Below are positions 18,688-25,362 of a DNA stretch of 60,927 nt, one piece after another. The notes beneath the pieces are model-generated. The model was not told the origin of the DNA. It saw nothing but the letters and a program-made list of their open reading frames with translations, and made no database searches. The DNA is from Candidatus Omnitrophota bacterium. Its GTDB lineage: Bacteria; Omnitrophota; Gorgyraeia; JAZDFF01. The stretch lies in the NCBI GenBank assembly GCA_043808095.1, contig JAZDFF010000005.1:1-60927 (forward strand). Reading direction: 5' to 3'. The translations under genes were made by a program, and so were the position numbers. The first letter of the stretch is position 1, and every line of letters starts with the position of its first letter.

Positions 18688-19776
18688 TCAGAATTGTTTC
18701 AAGAATCTCAAATCATTCTCAAAAAACAATCTAATATCGTCTATTCCGTACTTAAGCATGGCGATGCGCTCTACGCCCATGCCAAAGGCAAACCCTGTAT
18801 ATTTATCCGTGCCGTATCCTACGGCCTTAAAGACATTGGGATGGACCATGCCGCTGCCTAAGATCTCAAGCCAACCCTTCTTGCCGCAGACAGAACAACC
18901 CTTGCCTTTACAGATATTGCAGGAGACGTCCACTTCAGCTGAGGGCTCGGTAAAAGGAAAGAAATGCGGACGAAATCTGACTTTAGCCTCCCGGCCGAAT
19001 ATCTCTTTGGCAAATATTTCCAAAACCCCCTTTAAATCCGAAAATTTTATGTCTTTGTCGACAAGCAGGCCTTCGATCTGGTGAAACATAAATAGGTGCG
19101 AGGCATCCACTGCATCCGGCCGATAAACCTTGCCCGGGACTATCACGGCAATAGGCGGCTTATTGGCTCTCATTACCCGAATCTGTGCAGGCGAGGTGTG
19201 GCTACGCAATAATAATCTTTCCGAAGACGCTATCTGTGCTAATCTGTGTTTTTTTCTTCTTGGATTAACACTGATATCTGTGCTAATCTGTGTTTCTAAA
19301 TAGAAGGTGTCAAAGACATCCCGGGAAGGATGTTCCAGGGGGATATTTAGGGCAGTAAAATTGTTGAATTCGGTTTCAATCTCTGGGCCTTCAACTACGC
19401 TAAATCCCATCTTGGTAAAAACTGCACAGATCTCTTCGACCGCCAAGGTTATGGGATGTTTATTGCCCAACACAGGACCAATCCCAGGCATACTAAGATC
19501 GAATGAATCCTGTTCACTGGCGGCCGATGAAAGGGTAATGAGTTCCTGGTTCTTTTTTTGGATTAAATCCGAAAGGAGGTTTTTTAGGTTATTAAGGCTG
19601 ACTCCTTGCCTGGGCCTATCCTCGGCTGATAAACCGGGCAGTTCGGCCATTGCCTGGGCAAGCAGTCCGTTTCTTCCCAGGTATTTTACCCTAAAGGCCT
19701 CTAAGGACTTGGGGTCCTTTACCTCTTGGATTTCGCTTTGCGCGTCAGATTCAAGCTTTGTAAGATCAAAAGGCAT
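18688..19776 (-). CDS. pheS: phenylalanyl-tRNA synthetase alpha subunit
   Basis: MPFDLTKLE... start (ATG 19776, AGGAG upstream) and class II motifs (HPSRD..FY, LLRSHTSPAQIR, GFAFGMGVERIAM). A repeat-derived segment lies at 19231-19295. Confidence 0.95.
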   Translation of the reverse strand: MPFDLTKLESDAQSEIQEVKDPKSLEAFRVKYLGRNGLLAQAMAELPGLSAEDRPRQGVSLNNLKNLLSDLIQKKNQELITLSSAASEQDSFDLSMPGIGPVLGNKHPITLAVEEICAVFTKMGFSVVEGPEIETEFNNFTALNIPLEHPSRDVFDTFYLETQISTDISVNPRRKKHRLAQIASSERLLLRSHTSPAQIRVMRANKPPIAVIVPGKVYRPDAVDASHLFMFHQIEGLLVDKDIKFSDLKGVLEIFAKEIFGREAKVRFRPHFFPFTEPSAEVDVSCNICKGKGCSVCGKKGWLEILGSGMVHPNVFKAVGYGTDKYTGFAFGMGVERIAMLKYGIDDIRLFFENDLRFLKQF

Positions 19777-20243
19777 ATTACTGCTCCTGATAAACAAACA
19801 GAAAATATCTTTTTTGCCAAAGGAACTTCCTGATGAATGCTTCCTCCGCCGGTAATTATCGATAGGGCCTGGGCGTGGATATCTAAATCTCCACCATGTA
19901 TTGGACAGGCGCGATGAAAGACGCCTTCTATCCGGACCCAATCCCCTTTTGTCTTATAACCACCAATATAATTTATATCCTTGGTTAAAACTGGCGGGCA
20001 AAATACGCCTAAAGCCGCTTTTGTATCATTTATACTAAGCCAGGCGCCATCGCTTCGTTTCATTATATCACCAACTACCTCTCCTTCATAGACCACGGTT
20101 TTCCCATCGTAGCGTTTTGCATTATTAATTAACTCAGCGCTTGAAAGCGGCTGGGCATAGACGAAAGTAGCAAGTCCCGAAAGTAGCATTATTATGAAGA
20201 GCGTCATCGGGATCCCGAAGTATAACTTCTTGAGTAGCTTCAT
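19719..20243 (-). CDS. hypothetical secreted/membrane-anchored protein (signal peptide plus C-terminal TM helix)
   Basis: MKLLKKLYFGIPMTLFIIMLLSGLATFVYA signal-like N-terminus and C-terminal IFSVCLSGAVICLLILQSL. The track ORF extends to 20489 only by reading through REP-like repeats. The start is uncertain (20243 or 20207, no clear SD). It overlaps pheS by 58 nt. Confidence 0.5.
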   Translation of the reverse strand: MKLLKKLYFGIPMTLFIIMLLSGLATFVYAQPLSSAELINNAKRYDGKTVVYEGEVVGDIMKRSDGAWLSINDTKAALGVFCPPVLTKDINYIGGYKTKGDWVRIEGVFHRACPIHGGDLDIHAQALSIITGGGSIHQEVPLAKKIFSVCLSGAVICLLILQSLNLTRKAKSKR

Positions 20244-20485
20244 TCGGGATAGCAAGTAGTGGTTCGACAGGCTCACCATCCCTCGAATACATTCGACTAT
20301 GCTCAGTATTCGTCCTGAGTTTATCGAAGGACGAACCATCCCGAGCGACCCATTCGACAAGCTCAGGGTCATCCTGAACAAGCGAAGCGCGTCGAAGGAC
20401 GATGTCGAGGGACAAGTAGCGAGTGCAAATATTATTTCTTTGCGCTTTTGCGGTGTTTTCTCATTTCTTTGCGCTTTTGCGGTTA
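20244..20485. repeat. tandem cluster of GC-rich REP-like units (FDKLR/VRPELVEG-type) plus CGCAAA words
   Basis: At least three units of the form ttcgac..gctcag..cctgag..tcgaagg (20260-20410), then ctttgcgcttttgcggt twice (20436-20480). All three frames translate to the junk peptides FDKLRV, IRPEFIEG and SLSNG. Confidence 0.85.
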
Positions 20486-21988
20486 TCATTTTCCTCTAAA
20501 ATATGCTACAAAAAATCCGATTAATGTAAATATGGATAAAAACTCAAGCCTGCCTGCCCACATCTGGAAGATATAGGTTATTTTTAAGGCTGTCGGCATT
20601 GAGGCCTGAGTAATCCCGCAAGATAGCCCCACATTTGCCGCCGCAGAAGTAGACTCAAACAGAGAATACAAAAAGGGGTATTTAAAAAACATACCTATAA
20701 TTGCACCCAGAAAATACAGCCCGATATATAAAAGCGTAACAATCGCTGCCGAGCGCACCTGCCTGTCGTCTAAAATCATCTGTTTGATGTGATGAAACCT
20801 TTGCACAAATACCGCTGACTCGGGCAGCATTATTTTTTTGGTGTCCTGGATGAGCGCCTTAAAAATAACCCCGATCCTTAAGGACTTGATGGCGCCGGTT
20901 GTCGAGCACATCCCGCCGCCTAATCCCATGGCAATGATGATGCCTACAAGCGCGAGGTTGCTCCATTCGCGGACAAATTGCATGGCATACAAAGTGCTGT
21001 GTCCGGTTCCGGTATGAGCGCTGATTAAATGATAAAAGCCTTTGCGGAAGAAGACAACCGGTTGGGTATAAGTATTGAGCTGTTTAAGGCCGAATACTAC
21101 TAATATATAAGTAAGGACTATTGTTATTGAGAATGTTACTATCTCGATGTTGCGCCAGATTTCCCGGCGGTTTCCCGTCCAGATGGCATAATGGAGCTTA
21201 AAATTCATGGCACCTAAAAACATTATGACTATGGTCACAATCTCAAAGGCGAGGCTGTGATAATAGGCGGTATTTTGGCTCTGAGGGGCAAATCCTCCGG
21301 TATCAAATGCCGCCATAAAGACACAGACCCCGTGAAATAAGGCCCTGGGAAAGGCCAGGCCTTCTAAGGTAGCAACGATTGCTAAAGCAAGCGAGCCCAA
21401 AATCATATACACAATACTCACCAGCCAGATGAATCTGGCGGTCTGAACAATATTCGGTAAGACTTTTTCATCTCTCGCCTCGCCTACATACATCCTGAAG
21501 GCTCCGGGCAGGCCCTTTACCAAAAAACTAAGGGCAATTACAATGATTCCCTGGCCGCCTAAAAACATTAAGAGATGGCGCCAGAGGTTATGGCTATTGG
21601 ATAGATGATCCAGATCCTGAACCAGGGTCAGGCCCGTAGTCGCAAATCCGCTCATCGCCTCAAAGACAGCATCAAGAAAACTGCCAAAATGATTGCTAAG
21701 GTAAAACGGAATTGCCCCAAGAATTGCCGCCACAAGCCAAGCCAAAGAAACAACCACCATCCCGTGGATCCATTTTAAATCTCTCTCGGTCCGGCAGAAA
21801 TAGGTAAGCCCTAAACCCACAAACATGGAAAATAAAAAGCTCAGGACAAAATCGAAGGCAGGGTTAAACTCTTGATAGATAAGGGCAAAGGCAAGCGGAA
21901 CCAGCGTAAAAATTCCCAGGCCGATAATAATCTTGCCTAAATAATATCCTATAATTTTTATGTCTTCTGCCCGGGGTCTTATAATCAT
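20486..21988 (-). CDS. trkH: TrkH-family K+ uptake membrane subunit
   Basis: 500-aa polytopic protein with repeated TTGG/TGTGHS-type selectivity-filter-like segments (GFATTGLT, AHTGTGHS). Adjacent to the trkA genes. Confidence 0.9.
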   Translation of the reverse strand: MIIRPRAEDIKIIGYYLGKIIIGLGIFTLVPLAFALIYQEFNPAFDFVLSFLFSMFVGLGLTYFCRTERDLKWIHGMVVVSLAWLVAAILGAIPFYLSNHFGSFLDAVFEAMSGFATTGLTLVQDLDHLSNSHNLWRHLLMFLGGQGIIVIALSFLVKGLPGAFRMYVGEARDEKVLPNIVQTARFIWLVSIVYMILGSLALAIVATLEGLAFPRALFHGVCVFMAAFDTGGFAPQSQNTAYYHSLAFEIVTIVIMFLGAMNFKLHYAIWTGNRREIWRNIEIVTFSITIVLTYILVVFGLKQLNTYTQPVVFFRKGFYHLISAHTGTGHSTLYAMQFVREWSNLALVGIIIAMGLGGGMCSTTGAIKSLRIGVIFKALIQDTKKIMLPESAVFVQRFHHIKQMILDDRQVRSAAIVTLLYIGLYFLGAIIGMFFKYPFLYSLFESTSAAANVGLSCGITQASMPTALKITYIFQMWAGRLEFLSIFTLIGFFVAYFRGK

Positions 21989-22015
21989 TTATTTAAGCAT
22001 TATGGGCCAACTGTT

Positions 22016-22120
22016 GTTACCGCAAAATCGCGAAAGATCCGCAAAATCGCAAAAATTTTCTTGTTGCTGAGTTCTTTATTCTTTGCGTTTTTGCGCCTGT
22101 CTGCTGCAGGCAGGTGTGAC
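22016..22120. repeat. word-hairpin element, CGCAAA/TTTGCG family with GC hairpin core
   Basis: ccgcaaaatcgcgaaagatccgcaaaatcgcaaaaa versus ctttgcgtttttgcg. Core cctgtctgctgcaggcagg (22096-22114). Confidence 0.75.
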
Positions 22121-22126
22121 GCCCCA

Positions 22127-22252
22127 TTATTTAATTAAAATAATTAGCCGTCCGACAATAAATGCAACCAGCATTAGCGCCAGAGCAAGGCAGACCTCAA
22201 CGCAGATGCCGATTAAGCCGTCAAAGATATACTGTTGGAATCTTAATCTCAT
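22127..22252 (-). CDS. 41-aa hydrophobic micro-protein, translationally coupled to trkA
   Basis: MRLRFQQYIFDGLIGICVEVCLALALMLVAFIVGRLIILIK. Its ATG overlaps the trkA TGA as ATGA (22249-22252). Below the ORF-track size cutoff. Confidence 0.4.
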   Translation of the reverse strand: MRLRFQQYIFDGLIGICVEVCLALALMLVAFIVGRLIILIK

Positions 22253-22911
22253 ATCTTGCCTAGGAGGGTATTTAAGAGCTGTTTTTCGTTTTCAATGATG
22301 GTAAGGGCGATGATGTCGTCTTGGGGCTTAAGAATGGTGTCGCCTTTGGGAACAATAACCTCTTCCCGGCGGATGATTGAGACAAATACCGATTGGGGCG
22401 GTAATTTTACCTCTTCGAGTTTCTTATTGACAACGGGAGAATCATCGGGTAAGTCTACGCGCACAAGGGCGAGTTTTCCCCTCTTGAAACTTAAAAGATT
22501 TACAAAGTCGGAGAATGAAACCTCTTCTTCGATAATCTTGGCGATAATGGCCGTGGCATCAACAGGTACGTCCACGCCTAACTGACCAAAGGTGTGTTCA
22601 TTCTTAGGGTCGTTTACCCGGGCAACTGTACGGCGCACATTGAATCTTTCTTTGGCCAGCTGACAAACGATTAAGTTATCTTCATCATCTCCGGTAACCG
22701 CTGCCACTACATCTGCGCGATTGATCCCTGCCTCCTCTAAAAAATGCGGGTCGCAGCCATCTCCATTTATGACCAGCATATCTAATTCCTTGGTTATCTC
22801 TTCGCAGACTAATCTATCCTTCTCTATCAAGACCGCGGTGTGTTTATCTTCAAGCAATTTTTTGCTTAAGAAATAACCGACCTTACCAGCACCAACTATG
22901 ATTATATACAT
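22249..22911 (-). CDS. trkA: TrkA-type K+ transport NAD-binding/RCK subunit
   Basis: MYIIIVGAGKVGYFL Rossmann GxGxxG and a TrkA_C-like C-terminus. Start trimmed to ATG 22911 (AGGAGG upstream). Confidence 0.9.
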   Translation of the reverse strand: MYIIIVGAGKVGYFLSKKLLEDKHTAVLIEKDRLVCEEITKELDMLVINGDGCDPHFLEEAGINRADVVAAVTGDDEDNLIVCQLAKERFNVRRTVARVNDPKNEHTFGQLGVDVPVDATAIIAKIIEEEVSFSDFVNLLSFKRGKLALVRVDLPDDSPVVNKKLEEVKLPPQSVFVSIIRREEVIVPKGDTILKPQDDIIALTIIENEKQLLNTLLGKI

Positions 22912-22939
22912 TGCACCTCCTACTATCATCAAAATCTAA

Positions 22940-23062
22940 AATATAGATTTAGGGGATAGTAGGGTGTAGTAAGGGGTAGTAGGGGTTAGAATGGGGAAAT
23001 CCTTAAGACCCCCCTATCCCCTGCTTACGCTTTCTATCCCTTCCTAACCCTTGAATCTTCTG
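22940..23062. repeat. word-hairpin element, GGGGTAGTAGG family (copy 1)
   Basis: Shares the exact 23-mer ggggtagtaggggttagaatggg (22973-22995 = 27203-27225) and the 15-mer ctatcccctgcttac (23014-23028 = 27244-27258) with copy 2. The arms are reverse complements of each other. Confidence 0.9.
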
Positions 23063-23071
23063 GTCTTAGTT

Positions 23072-23716
23072 CTATAATTTAAGCCTCTTTCTTATCTGGG
23101 CCAGATTTGCGGTCTTGACTACCGCCATGGCGATATCGCCTTTTTTTAAAACCGTATCCGGTTGCGGGATAACCGTACCTGCCTTCTTTACTACCGTAGT
23201 TACCAATAATTCCCCCGGCGTATTTATCTCCCGGACCTTTTTATCATTTAATTCATCGTCGATCTTTATCTCTAAGACTGCTACCTCGGCACTTTCAATC
23301 AAGTAACTGGAAAACCGGCTTTCAATGAGTTTGTCCCGGATCATTGCCCCCAACAACAACGTTCCGCTAATGGTATCAAGGCCAAGGGAGTGATATATAT
23401 GGGCGCGCTCAGGGTCATATACCCTGGCAATAACTTTGGGGACATTAAAGATTTTTTTGGCTACCTGGGCAGCCATGATATTAGTGTTATCGCCGTTAGT
23501 AAGGGCGCAGAAGGCATCGGCTTTTTCTATCCCTGCGGTCTTTAATATGTCGGGGTCAAACCCGCTGCCTCTGATGGTCACGCCATTAAAAGTCCCCCCC
23601 ATGCGATTGAAGGATTCGGAATTTTTATCGATGATAACGACGTTATGACCTTCGGCAGAAAGTAATTTGGCCAGTTCCGAACCTACCCGACCGCAACCCA
23701 AGATTATTACATACAT
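23072..23716 (-). CDS. TrkA-type K+ transport NAD-binding/RCK subunit (second paralog)
   Basis: MYVIILGCGRVGSELA Rossmann motif and a TrkA_N plus TrkA_C layout. Confidence 0.9.
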   Translation of the reverse strand: MYVIILGCGRVGSELAKLLSAEGHNVVIIDKNSESFNRMGGTFNGVTIRGSGFDPDILKTAGIEKADAFCALTNGDNTNIMAAQVAKKIFNVPKVIARVYDPERAHIYHSLGLDTISGTLLLGAMIRDKLIESRFSSYLIESAEVAVLEIKIDDELNDKKVREINTPGELLVTTVVKKAGTVIPQPDTVLKKGDIAMAVVKTANLAQIRKRLKL

Positions 23717-23789
23717 ATCTTGACCTCACTGTTATATTGTTATATTGCTAAATTGTTATGTTGTCAAAGCAATTTAGCATTTTGGCAAT

Positions 23790-24137
23790 TTATCCTTTAG
23801 CGATCTCTACTAATTTATTAAAGGTGGCTATGTCGCCAACTGCCAGATCCGCTAACACCTTTCTGTCTAAATCAATTTTTGCCTTTTTCAGGCCCCGGAT
23901 AAACTGACTGTATTTAATCCCCGAAAGGCGACAGGCGTTGTTGATGCGGATAATCCAGAGCCTGCGGAAATCCCGCTTTCGGACTTTTCTGTCCCGGTAA
24001 TTATATTCGAGGGCGTGTCTTACAACATTGCGGGCAATACGAAAACGCCGGCTGCGTCCTCCCCATTGGCCCTTGGCCAGCTTCAGTATACGTTTCTTTT
24101 TTCTTCTTCGCGTAGGTCCTAATTTAACTTTTGCCAT
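23790..24137 (-). CDS. rplT: 50S ribosomal protein L20
   Basis: RRRKKKRILKLAKGQWGGRSRRFRIA..AYRDRK is typical of L20. Confidence 0.95.
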   Translation of the reverse strand: MAKVKLGPTRRRKKKRILKLAKGQWGGRSRRFRIARNVVRHALEYNYRDRKVRKRDFRRLWIIRINNACRLSGIKYSQFIRGLKKAKIDLDRKVLADLAVGDIATFNKLVEIAKG

Positions 24138-24144
24138 TGTTTAC

Positions 24145-24335
24145 TCCTTTTTTATCGCAAAAGCGCAAAATTTTAGTTTTTCAATATTACACCGCCTCCC
24201 GCTATAGCGGGATCCCGCCTCGTTGTAAAATGCAGAACGGGAAAAGCGCAAAAAATCTTTGCGTTCTTTGCGGTGTCTTTAATAGTTACCTACTTTTGCG
24301 TTTTTGCGGTTACTTTGGTTGTGTAAAAAATTGTA
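24145..24335. repeat. word-hairpin element, CGCAAA/TTTGCG family, between rpmI and rplT
   Basis: cgcaaaagcgcaaaatt...aaaagcgcaaaaaatctttgcgttctttgcgg...cttttgcgtttttgcgg. Central cccgctatagcgggatcccgcc motif. Confidence 0.8.
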
Positions 24336-24344
24336 AGCCCTCTT

Positions 24345-24548
24345 TTACGGCCGGCCGTATGGAAGCAGCTTTTTGATGGTGCCTAAATCAGCGCCGCTGA
24401 TGTAGACGGCTTGCCCGAGACGGCGTTTACGTCGGGCGGATTTTTTCGAAAGCATGTGCCTGCCATAGGCAGACAGGTGCTTGATTTTTCCGCTGGCGGT
24501 CATTCTAACTCTTTTAGCCAGTGATTTTCTTGTCTTTAATTTTGGCAT
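24345..24548 (-). CDS. rpmI: 50S ribosomal protein L35
   Basis: MPKLKTRKSLAKRVRMTASGKIKH is typical of L35. Confidence 0.95.
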   Translation of the reverse strand: MPKLKTRKSLAKRVRMTASGKIKHLSAYGRHMLSKKSARRKRRLGQAVYISGADLGTIKKLLPYGRP

Positions 24549-24842
24549 GCGGTCTCCTTAATGAGCCCCCGCCGTTTTGCTTCGCTTTTGCTTGAGCAAA
24601 ACGAAGCAGCGGGGGCGAATTAATCCCGAAGCCTGCGCAGAAAATTTCGCCAGAAATTTTCAAGCGTTTTGGCGAGGGATAATTACCCCCGACGATACGT
24701 CGGGGGAATTAATCAACTCTTATTGTATATAATTCCGGGTTACAGCGGCTCACTAACGACATGCGCTGTAACCTATAATTAAATTTAAAGTACTTAATCC
24801 GTGGCCCTAAACCTATTCCTTGAGTGCCGTTTTATCCCTAAT
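24549..24842 (-). promoter_or_regulatory. 294-nt multi-hairpin spacer between infC and rpmI (possible L20-responsive leader and/or repeat insertions)
   Basis: Hairpins cccccgccgttttgcttcg..cgaagcagcgggggc, cccccgacgatacgtcggggg and ggttacagcg..cgctgtaacc. The position corresponds to the L20 operator region of the E. coli-type thrS-infC-rpmI-rplT operon. Confidence 0.35.
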
Positions 24843-25349
24843 CTATTTAGGGGAAACGACCATCAATAAAATCCTGCCTTCCTGCGTCGGCCGCTTTTCT
24901 ATCTGGCCGTGTGCGGTTACATCAGCGACAAATTTCTCCATGATCTGCCTGGCCATCTCCGGATGAGAGAGTTCCCTGCCTCTAAAAAACAGGCTGATCT
25001 TTACCTTATCACCCTTCTTTAAGAATTCGTGGATGTGCCTTAATTTTACCTGGTAATCGTGCTCTTTGATGTTGGGCTTGACCCTTATCTCTTTAAGATG
25101 TGACTGGCGGCTGTGTTTTTTGGCTTCCTTTTCTCGTTTTTCCTGCTCGTATTTGTATTTGCTGAAGTTCATTATCCTGCATACCGGAGGCTGGCTGCCT
25201 GCGGCCACCTCAACCAGATCCATTTCATATTGATCAGCCAACTCGCGTGCCCTTTGGATAATCACGACGCCCAATTGCTCGCCCTCAGGTCCGATAAGGC
25301 GCACCGTAGGAGACCTGACCTGTTCGTTAATGCGAATAAATTTTCTAAT
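24843..25349 (-). CDS. infC: translation initiation factor IF-3, AUU start codon
   Basis: Extending the ATG-based ORF upstream gives ...GGAGGTGGCAAG ATT AGA AAA TTT ATT CGC ATT AAC GAA CAG GTC AGG TCT CCT ACG GTG CGC CTT ATC GG (IRKFIRINEQVRSPTVRLIG). That is a canonical IF3 N-terminus with an SD 6 nt upstream of ATT (25349-25347). Confidence 0.9.
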   Translation of the reverse strand: MRKFIRINEQVRSPTVRLIGPEGEQLGVVIIQRARELADQYEMDLVEVAAGSQPPVCRIMNFSKYKYEQEKREKEAKKHSRQSHLKEIRVKPNIKEHDYQVKLRHIHEFLKKGDKVKISLFFRGRELSHPEMARQIMEKFVADVTAHGQIEKRPTQEGRILLMVVSPK

Positions 25350-25362
25350 CTTGCCACCTCCT

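Noticed and set aside
20134-20499. ORFs 20134-20415 and 20299-20499, and the N-terminal 82 aa of 19719-20489.
   Set aside because: They are translations of tandem GC-rich repeat units (FDKLRV, IRPEFIEG, SLSNG peptides) that are open in several frames at once. They are not genes.
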